A stretch of 64,000 bases of DNA. It comes from a virus (taxonomy: Duplodnaviria > Caudoviricetes). Made by a program: the position numbers and the translations under genes. The notes under the pieces were generated by a model, which was not told where the DNA came from, ran no database searches, and saw only the letters and a program-made list of their open reading frames with translations. How positions within the stretch are numbered: position 1 is the first letter of the stretch; every line of letters starts with the position of its first letter. The stretch lies in the IMG/VR virus record IMGVR_UViG_3300005686_000008, one strand, 5' to 3'. Below are positions 36,635 through 46,894 of this stretch, one piece after another.

Positions 36635-37660
36635 ATGAAAAATGTTGAAGTAACAGCAGAAGTATCAACTAAAGACCGTTACTATACAACTCTTCCGATG
36701 TGTATAGTTGCGATTGCTAATCAAACTCATAAACCTAAGAAGATACTTATATTTGATGATGGAGAACAAAAAGATCTAAGAAATGATCCTACATATGCCA
36801 GTATATTTGGCTTATTGTTTTCTAAGGGAATTGATTTTCAAGTTATTTTTGGTCAAAAGAAGGGACAGGTTGCTAATCACCAAATAGCTATTGGACTGTC
36901 TCAGACTGAATGGATATGGAGAGTAGATGATGATGATGTTCCAGAGCCAAACGTGCTTGAAATTTTGGTCCGTAACATCAAAGATGATGTTGGAGTTATA
37001 AGCGGTCTTGTTTTGATTCCTGGACAGCCAGAGGCGAATCCTGCAAGTACATCTGGCAGAATAGAAGACATTTTTACTAGCGCAAATGTTCAATGGTCAA
37101 GGTTCAAGGGAGTCAAAGAAGTTGACCATATGAACAATACGTTTTTGTTTAGAAAGTCAGCGGCAACTCATGGATATTGTTTGAAACTAAGTCCTGCCGG
37201 ACATAGAGAAGAAACAATGTTCACATACGAGTTCAAGAGGAAGGGATTCAAACTTCTTGTTGATCCAGAAGCTATTATATGGCATATGAGGTCTCCTCAA
37301 GGAGGAATCCGTTCATATACCCAGGAATTTTTCTGGGAACACGACGAAATGATATTCCATAAGTATTTAGAAGATGTTGGAATTTCTGTAGATAGGCCGC
37401 AACTTATTGTTTTAGATAGCGGTCTTGGAGATCATTACGCTTTCAAAATGATTATGCCAGAAATAAAGGCTAAGTACAAGAATCTAACGCTTGCTGTTTG
37501 TTATCCTGAAGTTTTTGAAGATGAAGGCGTAAGACTTATTTCTATAGCGGAAGCTTACTCTATAGGAGTAGATAAAGATAAACACAATGTGTATAAATTC
37601 ATGACAGATCGAGGTTGGACAGAAAGCCTTGTTGAAGCTTATAGGAAAATGTGGTTATGA
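36635..37660 (+). CDS. GT2 glycosyltransferase fused to a GT9-like N-terminal lobe
   Basis: ST.DR.....C...I.NQT.KP..I.IFDDG and WRVDDDD; C-terminal LDSGLGDH..F.M..PEIK.KY. Confidence 0.8.
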   Translation: MKNVEVTAEVSTKDRYYTTLPMCIVAIANQTHKPKKILIFDDGEQKDLRNDPTYASIFGLLFSKGIDFQVIFGQKKGQVANHQIAIGLSQTEWIWRVDDDDVPEPNVLEILVRNIKDDVGVISGLVLIPGQPEANPASTSGRIEDIFTSANVQWSRFKGVKEVDHMNNTFLFRKSAATHGYCLKLSPAGHREETMFTYEFKRKGFKLLVDPEAIIWHMRSPQGGIRSYTQEFFWEHDEMIFHKYLEDVGISVDRPQLIVLDSGLGDHYAFKMIMPEIKAKYKNLTLAVCYPEVFEDEGVRLISIAEAYSIGVDKDKHNVYKFMTDRGWTESLVEAYRKMWL

Positions 37661-38136
37661 AAAAGATTATTATAAGTCCATTCTCAAAAAAGTTAAGAAG
37701 GTTTAATTTGAATGAACCAGAAAAGGATAATCCTAAAAACTATCCATTTTGGGAGGATGTTGTAAAACTTTTGCGAAGTAAAGGCTATTATGTTATACAG
37801 GTCGGAGTCTCGGGTGAGCTTCAAATCGGAGCTAATGAGGTTCGATACGATTTGAGTTTGAAAGATTTGAAAAAATTACTAGACGAAGTAGATACTTGGG
37901 CTTCGGTTGATAATTTCTTCAATCATTTTGCTACTTATTATAAAAAAAGAGGAGTTGTTGTTTTTGGTCGTTCAGATCCAAAGATTTATGGCTATCCTGT
38001 AAATATTAATTTGTTAAAAGATAAAAAGTTTCTAAGAACAGACCAGTTTGGACTGTGGGAAAGTCTTGATTTTAAACAAGATGTTTTTGTTGAACCATAC
38101 ATGGTTGTTTCGGCTATAGAAACAATTTTTGTTTAA
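37657..38136 (+). CDS. GT9-like C-terminal lobe (split glycosyltransferase)
   Basis: K.YP.W..VV.LL......VIQVG, SL.DL..LL......SVD.F..HFA....K.GVVVFG.SDP..YGY..N.NL; ATGA-coupled. Confidence 0.75.
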   Translation: MKKIIISPFSKKLRRFNLNEPEKDNPKNYPFWEDVVKLLRSKGYYVIQVGVSGELQIGANEVRYDLSLKDLKKLLDEVDTWASVDNFFNHFATYYKKRGVVVFGRSDPKIYGYPVNINLLKDKKFLRTDQFGLWESLDFKQDVFVEPYMVVSAIETIFV

Positions 38137-38138
38137 AA

Positions 38139-38163
38139 AGGAATTTATAACATATATTGGAAT
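38139..38163 (+). promoter_or_regulatory. sigmaH-like promoter AGGA-N17-GAAT
   Basis: Intergenic; the same 17-nt spacing recurs at 49334, 51401 and 60301. Confidence 0.55.
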
Positions 38164-38214
38164 TTACAATATAGTGTATGGTCCTATTTTAAAGATAATA
38201 TAGGAGATTAAATA

Positions 38215-38871
38215 ATGCCTTTGGGTGTTAGAATTATAGATAAAATATCAGAATTATCTGACATTTCTGTAGTAAATGTTCAGGATAATGATGTTTTAAT
38301 ATATAATTCTACGAATCAAAAATGGGAGAACGGATCTTCATCTGGAGGCGGTCCTCATACTCACCCTTGGACTGATATAACTTCAACTCCTACCACGTTG
38401 TCTGGTTATGGAATTACTGACGCCGCTTCTTCTTCTCATAATCATAGTGGAGTTTACGCACCGGCTTCTGGCTCTATAGATATTGTTACTCTTGGAACAA
38501 TTGTAACAGGAACTTGGAATGCTAGTACAATTCCTATTACAAAAGGAGGAACAGGTCAAACTAGTGCTTCTGATGCGATTAACGCTTTACTTCCTTCTCA
38601 GGTTGGAAATACAGATAAGTTTTTGAAAACTAATGGAACAACCGCTTTATGGGCGACTCCTCCTTCGGGAAGCGGTGCGGCAGAATTATCAAAAAGTTTT
38701 ACATATGATGGAGATGGTCGCCTTTCTGTTATTACTGATTCTAGCGGAACGAAGACCCTTTCTTATAATTTAGATGGGACATTAAATCAGATCGTTGGCA
38801 CAGGTCCATATGTTACGAAGACCTTTAGCTATAATTTGGATGGAACTCTTTCAGGAATATCGGTTTCATAA
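38215..38871 (+). CDS. short fibre protein (HxH repeats, GGTG motif, YD-like C-terminal repeats)
   Basis: ELSD.......NDVL.YN....KW.N, HTHPW.DIT..PTTLSGYGITDA, HNH, PITKGGTG and SYNLDGTL x2. Confidence 0.7.
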   Translation: MPLGVRIIDKISELSDISVVNVQDNDVLIYNSTNQKWENGSSSGGGPHTHPWTDITSTPTTLSGYGITDAASSSHNHSGVYAPASGSIDIVTLGTIVTGTWNASTIPITKGGTGQTSASDAINALLPSQVGNTDKFLKTNGTTALWATPPSGSGAAELSKSFTYDGDGRLSVITDSSGTKTLSYNLDGTLNQIVGTGPYVTKTFSYNLDGTLSGISVS

Positions 38872-38888
38872 CATAAGGAGAGTGTTTT

Positions 38889-39086
38889 ATGAAATATGTG
38901 GTTATAAAATCAATAGATGGGAAAAATATTGGTAAAGTATTTGATTCATTGCCTTTTGTTGGGCAAGATATATTACTTGATTTTGGTTATATATTTGAAG
39001 TTGTTGAAATTAGAAAATTAGATAATATTTGGGAAGTGTCTAATCCAAATTACATCTTGTTTTTGGAAGAGAAAAAAGAGGAATAA
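38889..39086 (+). CDS. small hypothetical protein
   Basis: 65 aa with AAGGAG RBS. Confidence 0.55.
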   Translation: MKYVVIKSIDGKNIGKVFDSLPFVGQDILLDFGYIFEVVEIRKLDNIWEVSNPNYILFLEEKKEE

Positions 39087-39133
39087 CCATATTTTTTTTG
39101 TAGTTTATGGTATAACATTTTGGAGTTTAGCAA

Positions 39134-41044
39134 ATGGCATTAATCACAGATCCTGACAACTTAAATGATCACGCAAGTAATAATACAGCAACAGAAGTTT
39201 TTATAGATACTTCTGGAAAGACAATAAAACTAAATCAAACAGGTAATCTTTCTACGGATGGGGTTACTCTTAAGTGTTTATATTCATTCTTGAAAGAAGA
39301 GTGGAGAGATGATACTAATAGCAAGAATCTTGCAGCATTCCCGTTTCCAATGACCCCTATTACTGATGAATCTTTTGAGTTTATTGAAGGATGGGATTTT
39401 GATTCGGATTCAAGTAGGTATCTTATTAGAACGGCAGGATGGACAGTTAAGAATACCTCAGGAAATACCACTCAAAAATGGGCAGGAATTATAGGTCTTG
39501 GTACAATTGAGTCAGACGATCAATTGTATTTTCAGCAATCAAGCGGTGGTTCCGCAGTAAACGTTCAACTTACAGGACAGGTGAATCAGGCCGTTCAAAT
39601 CTTAAGAGATGATGATGGTGATGCTAACTATGCAGAAGGTTCTGATTATGACAGAAGAACTGTTTTTAATCTTTTCTGTCGTGAATATAATCAGTTATAT
39701 GGAAAGTCAAGCTTAAGCGATATCGGTGTTACTACAATGGACTCTATTGCTTATCGCTTTCCTATATCTACGGGTACTGACCTTAAAATCACTGATGATG
39801 ATACTGCCGTAGGTGCTGATTCTCCGTATACCGAAATTCTTGTTAGATATTTTGATCAAGCCTTTACAAGAGATGTTGATTCTTCAACTGATAGAAACTT
39901 TGGCATTGTTGTTGATGTTGGAACTCATTCTGGTGTTGATGGATCGTGTTCTTCTGGCGGAACCGTGTTTACAACTTCAGAAGGCGGTATAAATACTTCT
40001 GGAAATCCTTATGCAGGAGGAACATTAACTATACATGAAGGAGCTAATGCTGGAACTTATACAATATCAGGAAATCCAACAGCAACTCAAGTAACTATCA
40101 CTGGAGGAACTTTTGCAGGTACAGTTTCCAATCAAAGCTTTACCTTGCAAAGAGGAACTCCTATTGTTGCTACAGCGGAAGAAATTTATACAAAAGTTCA
40201 ATATCTTCTAAGACAGAATTCTGATATTGATACAACAGATCAGTCTGTAACAGGAAAGACTGCTGATGCTCTTATGAGATTCGTTGGTGATACGCTCGTT
40301 TGTGGAAATCCATCTCCAACAAATCCAAACTCAGGTGGTTCAGGTGTTATTATTGAAGGATTTAGTTCAAGTGATACTAACAGAATCCAGTTTTATGATA
40401 ATACTGGAACTCAAAGAACGTTCCCATATGTTGCTGTTCTTACAATAAACTTTGGAGACAACTTGAGATTGGATGCAAGTGCTAAATATTGGATATATTT
40501 CACATATACCCATCAGGCTACTAATACTGGATTTGCTATAACAAGCGCTTCTGCTCAAACAGCTACGCTTACAAGCTCAACAACGGATCTTTCTCAGATA
40601 CTTGATAATGAAGAATTTTATATTAGCGGGTTTGCTACAACTGCTAATAATGGACTATATAGGGCTACCGCCGGGGGATCAAGCGGTTCGGTTGCTGTTG
40701 AAAAAGCCGATACTGGAGATTCTAACTTTACAAACGAATCAGCAGGTGCTAGCGTAACTATTCAGTTTAATCCGTTTGGTAGTGCTAGTGCTGTAATAGT
40801 TGATAATAATGCTGGAGCAGATATGACAGCTAGCGTTTCTAGTCAATCTAGCGTTCAATTGTCATTCAATTATGATGGAAATGTTCAAGGTGGTAGAACG
40901 GCAGCTGTTGATGCTGCTATAACGGCAGTTGGTATTGGTTTGAATACAGGTCAGTATGTTAAGGCAACAGGAACTATAGCCCGTTCTACCGCAAATAGCG
41001 TTTCTCTAGTTGCTCCTCTTGAACGTAACTATGCTAATGCATAA
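39134..41044 (+). CDS. virion structural protein (S/T-rich)
   Basis: 636 aa. N-terminal GVTL..LYSFLKEEW....L..F.FPM..I.....E...GW; C-terminal ERNY.N. Confidence 0.62.
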   Translation: MALITDPDNLNDHASNNTATEVFIDTSGKTIKLNQTGNLSTDGVTLKCLYSFLKEEWRDDTNSKNLAAFPFPMTPITDESFEFIEGWDFDSDSSRYLIRTAGWTVKNTSGNTTQKWAGIIGLGTIESDDQLYFQQSSGGSAVNVQLTGQVNQAVQILRDDDGDANYAEGSDYDRRTVFNLFCREYNQLYGKSSLSDIGVTTMDSIAYRFPISTGTDLKITDDDTAVGADSPYTEILVRYFDQAFTRDVDSSTDRNFGIVVDVGTHSGVDGSCSSGGTVFTTSEGGINTSGNPYAGGTLTIHEGANAGTYTISGNPTATQVTITGGTFAGTVSNQSFTLQRGTPIVATAEEIYTKVQYLLRQNSDIDTTDQSVTGKTADALMRFVGDTLVCGNPSPTNPNSGGSGVIIEGFSSSDTNRIQFYDNTGTQRTFPYVAVLTINFGDNLRLDASAKYWIYFTYTHQATNTGFAITSASAQTATLTSSTTDLSQILDNEEFYISGFATTANNGLYRATAGGSSGSVAVEKADTGDSNFTNESAGASVTIQFNPFGSASAVIVDNNAGADMTASVSSQSSVQLSFNYDGNVQGGRTAAVDAAITAVGIGLNTGQYVKATGTIARSTANSVSLVAPLERNYANA

Positions 41045-41076
41045 TAGCATAATATTTTTTTGGACGATAGTAAAAT

Positions 41077-44000
41077 ATGGCAGCAATAGTCGCAAACGTT
41101 AGTAACAATGTTGACGTTCTTGATAGTAACGCATTTATGGCGGTAATTACTGGTTCAAGAACGAGAACTACGTCTATTGACGGCGTAACGTGGTCAACTG
41201 GTACGAACGCTCTCTCTGCGGCAAACTCTTGGAATGCTGTTTGTTGTGGAGACCCCGCTGGAAATGGAAATTCCGTTGCTGTTGCTGTTGCAGCAAGCAC
41301 TAGAGTCCTTAATTATAGTTATGATTGCGCTACTTGGACGGCAAATGCAACAGGCATGCCTTCGACTGCTGTTTGGACTTCTTTGGTTTTTGGCGAAGGT
41401 AAATTTGTTGCTGTTTCAACAACATCTTCAACTGCTGCTGCTTATTCAACGGATGGTATAACTTTTACAGCTGCAACTTTACCATCTTCTGCAAACTGGT
41501 TATCTGTTGCTTATGATTCTGTAAATGGTAATTTTGCCGCTGTTTCTGGCGGTACTTCAACTGCGGCGGCATATTCAACGGATGGAACTTCTTGGAGTGC
41601 CGCAACTTTACCGTCCTCTGGTGATTGGAGATGCGTCGCGGCTGGAGGAGGAACTCTTGTTGCTTTGCGATACAATTCAACAGCAGGAGCTTATTCAACG
41701 GATGGAGGAGCTAACTGGACTGCTTGTAATACTTTGCCTGTAACAGGAAACTGGACTTCTATAGCTTATGGAAATGGGGTTTTTGTTGCAGTTGCAACTG
41801 GTGGTACTGTTGCTCTAACTTCTACTGATGGAATAGATTGGACTCAAAGAGTTTTGCCGGTTTCTGGTAACTGGTCTTCTATTTCTTATTCAACAAGTCT
41901 TAAACTTTTTGGCGCAATAACAAATGCAACAACGAACGGTCTTGCAACATCGCCTGACGGAATTGATTGGACAGGTGGAACCCTAACTTCTGCTGCTTAT
42001 ACATCTGTTTGCGAAACTCCAATAAAGTGGAACTCAGGCGATACCTTGACCATTAATAATGGCGCAATTATAACAGTTGATACAGACCAGACTAAATTTT
42101 GGAAAACAATAACGATTAATAATGGTAAATTGTTGATTACAAATAGTTCTACTTCAACTCCAATACAGTTTGCTATGGGTCGCAATACTGGTGCTACTGT
42201 TAATTCAATAGTTCCTGCAAGTGGTCTTGGAACTGTTGAGGTAACTGGCAATTGGATTGAAATAGATACAGGAGATGGAACTTCAAATCAAACAATGACA
42301 CTTCCTTATAGAAACCATTGTCCTTGTATTTGGGTTGAAACGGGAAGCGGAACTGGAATTTATGAGATTTGGAACAATGTAACAGGATCTTACTCTGGTG
42401 TTACCCCTCTTATTAGAGATGGTATTTCTGGAGTTAGTTCGGGAGTTAGGGGTAATTTCTTTACTCAAGACGCAGATTCAACCGTTTATGGAACGAGCGT
42501 TGTTAATTATGGACCTCTTTCTGTTACTGGTGGTTCTTCTACAGTTTCCAAGTATGTTACTGTTACATCAACGTCTGGAATTATAGAAGGCGCTGCAATA
42601 TCTGGAACAGGAATTGCAGCTAACTCGGTTGTGGATGCGGTTATTTCGGCAACAGTCTTGAGGCTTAATCTGGTTACTACAGCCTCTGCTGGTCCTAATA
42701 CATATACTGTCTATAATCCTTATAAATCTCAATTAACTTCAACCATAAGGTTCGGCGATGGAACAAATGGTAATGTAGTTCCTAATGGAGCAAAAGTTAG
42801 GGTTCCAAATATTGTTATTGACGACTTGACTCCTGCAAGCTTGCAGACTTCTTCTTTAGTCTTAAGCGCAAATATATTGCTTACATCTGGTGGAAACATA
42901 ACTGTTGATAAAGCTATTTTTTCCGAGTCATATAACAACTTTACTCAGTCTAAGATTTGCTCTTTGAAGAATTGCGGTTTTTCGATTATTCCGCTTATCT
43001 CAGAAACATATAATCTTCTTATTGAATCTGTTGGCATGGGTTTGCATCCTGATAGATTGTTTTTTGGTTCTTCTGCATGGCAAACAAGAAGAGGTAGATT
43101 TGGTACTAATGCTCTTTGGAGTTATATATCAAATGCATCTGTAACAGATTTGAAGATTGTTGTTTCTAATCCGCAAGCTCTTGCTGCTGCTGCTGCTGTA
43201 ACGGGTATTCTTGGTTTGTCATTCACGCAAGATGCAATATTTGATAAACTAAGATTATTTTGTTTGCATCCAACAAAAACTTCTTCATTTGGGCTTTATT
43301 TGCTTGATTCTGTTTTTGATTGTTCTTTTTCTAATATAGATATTCATGGTTGCGCGCCATATAACTTAATTAGATCTAATAATAATACATTTACAAATAC
43401 GTCAACGTCTCAAAGTATGTTTTATGGTAGAACAATATATGTTGCTGGCGCTAGATATGGATACGATCCTAATCTGGGTGATAAAATGCTTGATGATACG
43501 AAGTATTATTTCAAGCAAAGAAGCTACAGGGACTGGTCTGATTTAACAAGTTATCAAGAAAGTAGATTGTATTCTGTTACTCCTTATTTGGGAGATGATA
43601 AATTTCATCCATTCAACTTCGGTGTTGTAAATACAGCTTCAGGTACAAATGTCTTAACATGGACACAAAGAGCTCCCTCTGCTGCGACAGTTGTTTATGA
43701 AATATACCGAGGAACTTCTGCTGGATTTACTACAAGAGATGCTACAACTAGATTATATCAAAACGGAACAGCAGCAACTGTAACAGCAACAGACAATGGT
43801 TCTCTTTTGCTTTCTGCTCCTTCTAATGGAACTACATATTATTATGTTCTTAGAAAATATAATGTTAGAATTGCAGGAGGCACCGGATCCGGCTCTGGAG
43901 GCTCGACAACAGTAACAACGTCAGGCAACTTTAACGCTGTTGCAACGATAACAAACTGTAAAGGAAAATCTGGAAAGAATATAATTCTAGCTATAGGATC

Positions 44001-46431
44001 TAACTTTGACACAGTAGGTATTGTTGCTGGCATGCCTGTTTCTGGAACTGGAGTTCCTGCAAATACTACCGTTTCAAGTGTTGATTCTTATTATCAAATT
44101 ACTCTCAATAATAATCTAACGCAAGATATACTTGGTGTTACTCTTACTTTTGGTCTTGTTGCAGGAATGTATGTTTTTGGAACAAATATAGGTCAAAATG
44201 CTCAAATACAATCTGTTGATTCAAATACATCAATGACTGTTACTGTTGCTAATGCTGGAACAATTTCTGGAACTTTGAATTTTGCTTCGGGAACAGAGTC
44301 AGCCGAACAGTCTTGCTATACTCATGGTGCTGCAACAACTGTAACTAATTTACTTTTGAATACAGATGACTTTAGTAGTGCTTCTTGGACAAAAACAACA
44401 ACAACAGTTACTACAAACGTTGATATACCTCCAACTCAGATTTATTTTTCTACAGCAGCAATAACAGGCACAGCAGACCGATTGGCTGCTACAGGTAATA
44501 ACGCAACAACGACTCAATCAATAACAACAGTCGTTAGCACTCAGTATACTTTTTCAGTTTACATAAGATCTGATATTGCTACTCCTCAAAACGCAACAGC
44601 TGGAAGCATTAGCTTTGGAACTGCAACTCAAGCTTTTACAGCAAGCTTGCAATGGCAAAGAGTTTCTGTAACATTTACAGCAACAGGTGTTTCAACAACG
44701 GCAACAATAACAATTAACACAACAGGACAAAATATAATTGTTGGATCTGCTATGGTAAATACCGGAGCAACTGCCGCTCCTTATGTTGCCTCTGCTGGTT
44801 CTGCAACAACTGCTGGTGCTACGGAAATTTCAGCTTTACTTGCTTGGTCAAAAGCAAATTCTGGAGAAGCAGAAAATCAAGGTGTTGCTATAACAGTGTC
44901 TGCTCAAGGTGTATTATGGGAAATGTACATGAGTACAAATTCTGGATTTACTCCAAGCTCTTCAAATAGAACATTAGCAAACTTTGGTGCTACAACTGCA
45001 ATGCATATTTTGGCAAATAGTAATGGTAATGTTTTTGATACATTTGAAGAAATTGGAGGAGGCATAACTGCTGCGGTTATTTCTCTTACAACTTCCTCAA
45101 ATAATAGATTTTTGAACTATGATATAGGGCTTGATTATGGAAATGCGGCTACGGGATATATTACTACTATATCAAATCTTTGTAATAACAATTTCCTTCA
45201 TAACTGGGATATAAGAAATCCAGTTAATGCTGTTGCTGCAATTTATCCTTTTGGAGGAACTTCGGGTACTACGAATAACAACTCAGGCTTGATTTTGCAA
45301 AATATAAAAATGAATGCATATAGTCTTCCTTTGAATAATAACTATCTTGGAGTTATTTGCAAAGGGGTTAGCGGTGCTTCTTTTTCGCCTCTTTCAGGAT
45401 CTGCAACAACTGCGGTTATAACATCAACAACTGATGGTTTGGCAAATGGATATACAACGATATATGATACAATCTTTAATGAGCTTTATCAAGGAGCGAG
45501 TAATGGAGCTTTGGCTTTGACTTTTAATGCTTCCGCTCTTGATACTCCTCCTTATACTTTGAGCGGAGCATCTTTCTCTAATGCAGGACGTTTGTATTTC
45601 AAAAATTCTGGAGATTATGCCGAATATATATGGCCTCATAAAATATATGGAGTAACAGGTTTTCGTAGTTTAATGTATAAAGTAAACGTAAATGATTGCG
45701 GCAATGATGCAACAACGGGTTATGGTATTAAAATTGAATATGCCATAAATACTGGATCTGGATATGGATCTTATAAAGAGGCCACACCAGAAAATCTTGT
45801 TGCAGAAACTTTACCAGATGCTGATGTCGGTTTTTATCTTAAAATTAAGTTAACAGCAACAACGTTTATGAAATATACTTCGTTCACCTCAAGATTTGTT
45901 ATTGGCGAAACTATTAACGGAGCTACTTCTGGAGCGACCGCTGTTATTGACGACGAAGAAGCTGGAGCTTCTGGTATAGGCGGGACTCTTAGATTATCAA
46001 GTGTTACAGGAACATTCATTCCTGGAGAGGTTATAAGGAGTGGCGTTACAAATAGGGCAACAAATTCTGCAACTAACGGTTTTGCTCTTGGTCCAAGTTT
46101 TACAAGCTATATAGATGGTTTGATAATATTTACAACTGTTGATAAAACAGCTTTATATCCAGAGGAAACTCCAACTATTACGTTGACAGGATTGAGATCT
46201 GGATCAAAAATAACATTTGTAAAAATTTCAGATGGATCTTCTTTGGGTGGAACGTCTAGTAGCGGAACGTCTTTTTCTTTGACATATGATTATTATGCAA
46301 ATGTCGATGTAAATATAGTTATTCAGAACTATGGATATTTACATTTAACCATTCCTTATACATTGACAAATGAATCCGTTTCAATTCCAGTGCAGCAAGT
46401 TATTGATAGGAATTATCTTAACCCGGTTTAA
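41077..46431 (+). CDS. large fibre/spike protein: N-terminal beta-propeller, beta-helix and carbohydrate-binding-like domains
   Basis: About 7 repeats of W.S.A.G.G.FVAV.......YSTDG..W...TLP. TNLL..TDDF....W...YTFSVY.R...WQR.S.TFT is a CBM4/9-like pattern. Very T/S/N-rich; ends DRNY.NP. Confidence 0.72.
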   Translation: MAAIVANVSNNVDVLDSNAFMAVITGSRTRTTSIDGVTWSTGTNALSAANSWNAVCCGDPAGNGNSVAVAVAASTRVLNYSYDCATWTANATGMPSTAVWTSLVFGEGKFVAVSTTSSTAAAYSTDGITFTAATLPSSANWLSVAYDSVNGNFAAVSGGTSTAAAYSTDGTSWSAATLPSSGDWRCVAAGGGTLVALRYNSTAGAYSTDGGANWTACNTLPVTGNWTSIAYGNGVFVAVATGGTVALTSTDGIDWTQRVLPVSGNWSSISYSTSLKLFGAITNATTNGLATSPDGIDWTGGTLTSAAYTSVCETPIKWNSGDTLTINNGAIITVDTDQTKFWKTITINNGKLLITNSSTSTPIQFAMGRNTGATVNSIVPASGLGTVEVTGNWIEIDTGDGTSNQTMTLPYRNHCPCIWVETGSGTGIYEIWNNVTGSYSGVTPLIRDGISGVSSGVRGNFFTQDADSTVYGTSVVNYGPLSVTGGSSTVSKYVTVTSTSGIIEGAAISGTGIAANSVVDAVISATVLRLNLVTTASAGPNTYTVYNPYKSQLTSTIRFGDGTNGNVVPNGAKVRVPNIVIDDLTPASLQTSSLVLSANILLTSGGNITVDKAIFSESYNNFTQSKICSLKNCGFSIIPLISETYNLLIESVGMGLHPDRLFFGSSAWQTRRGRFGTNALWSYISNASVTDLKIVVSNPQALAAAAAVTGILGLSFTQDAIFDKLRLFCLHPTKTSSFGLYLLDSVFDCSFSNIDIHGCAPYNLIRSNNNTFTNTSTSQSMFYGRTIYVAGARYGYDPNLGDKMLDDTKYYFKQRSYRDWSDLTSYQESRLYSVTPYLGDDKFHPFNFGVVNTASGTNVLTWTQRAPSAATVVYEIYRGTSAGFTTRDATTRLYQNGTAATVTATDNGSLLLSAPSNGTTYYYVLRKYNVRIAGGTGSGSGGSTTVTTSGNFNAVATITNCKGKSGKNIILAIGSNFDTVGIVAGMPVSGTGVPANTTVSSVDSYYQITLNNNLTQDILGVTLTFGLVAGMYVFGTNIGQNAQIQSVDSNTSMTVTVANAGTISGTLNFASGTESAEQSCYTHGAATTVTNLLLNTDDFSSASWTKTTTTVTTNVDIPPTQIYFSTAAITGTADRLAATGNNATTTQSITTVVSTQYTFSVYIRSDIATPQNATAGSISFGTATQAFTASLQWQRVSVTFTATGVSTTATITINTTGQNIIVGSAMVNTGATAAPYVASAGSATTAGATEISALLAWSKANSGEAENQGVAITVSAQGVLWEMYMSTNSGFTPSSSNRTLANFGATTAMHILANSNGNVFDTFEEIGGGITAAVISLTTSSNNRFLNYDIGLDYGNAATGYITTISNLCNNNFLHNWDIRNPVNAVAAIYPFGGTSGTTNNNSGLILQNIKMNAYSLPLNNNYLGVICKGVSGASFSPLSGSATTAVITSTTDGLANGYTTIYDTIFNELYQGASNGALALTFNASALDTPPYTLSGASFSNAGRLYFKNSGDYAEYIWPHKIYGVTGFRSLMYKVNVNDCGNDATTGYGIKIEYAINTGSGYGSYKEATPENLVAETLPDADVGFYLKIKLTATTFMKYTSFTSRFVIGETINGATSGATAVIDDEEAGASGIGGTLRLSSVTGTFIPGEVIRSGVTNRATNSATNGFALGPSFTSYIDGLIIFTTVDKTALYPEETPTITLTGLRSGSKITFVKISDGSSLGGTSSSGTSFSLTYDYYANVDVNIVIQNYGYLHLTIPYTLTNESVSIPVQQVIDRNYLNPV

Positions 46432-46445
46432 CGTAGTGAGATTTT

Positions 46446-46892
46446 ATGGGATATTCGTTTGATGGTTCTCAAAAAATTATTACACTAACGTCAGGAACAA
46501 CAACACTGGACGTTAAGGATTTGTATTCCAGATGGAAAGACTGGGTTTTATTAAGTGATAATAGTAAATGGGATCTTGCTTTTTTGGTTTCCGGTGGAGA
46601 TACTATTGATCCGGGGGCTGGAACAGCTGTTCCTTTATATGCATTTTTGGCAAATGGATGGAGAATAAAGCCTCAAGAATCAAATCATACTCTAAATGTT
46701 ACAAACGGAGTTCTTCTTGTTGATGGAGGTGGGGATCCTTTTGTTGATACAACTGGTAGCTATATAGTTCGTATAAATTATCAACAACCAGTTCAAGCTA
46801 TTACTGTTGCAACAGGAGGTTTGACTGGTCAACAATCTCAAGATTTGTCTGCTATTAAAAGAATGACAGATCTAATCCCTGGAGCTTTGTAA
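46446..46892 (+). CDS. structural protein related to the N-terminus of 39134
   Basis: FDG..K.I.L.....LDV.DLYSRWKDW...GGD...Y.FL.NGWRI.P.E. Confidence 0.6.
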   Translation: MGYSFDGSQKIITLTSGTTTLDVKDLYSRWKDWVLLSDNSKWDLAFLVSGGDTIDPGAGTAVPLYAFLANGWRIKPQESNHTLNVTNGVLLVDGGGDPFVDTTGSYIVRINYQQPVQAITVATGGLTGQQSQDLSAIKRMTDLIPGAL

Positions 46893-46894
46893 TT

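Noticed and set aside
15361-46892. Diversity-generating retroelement or invertase-driven fibre switching
   Set aside because: No reverse transcriptase or recombinase gene, and no adenine-mismatched template/variable repeat pair, was noticed by eye.
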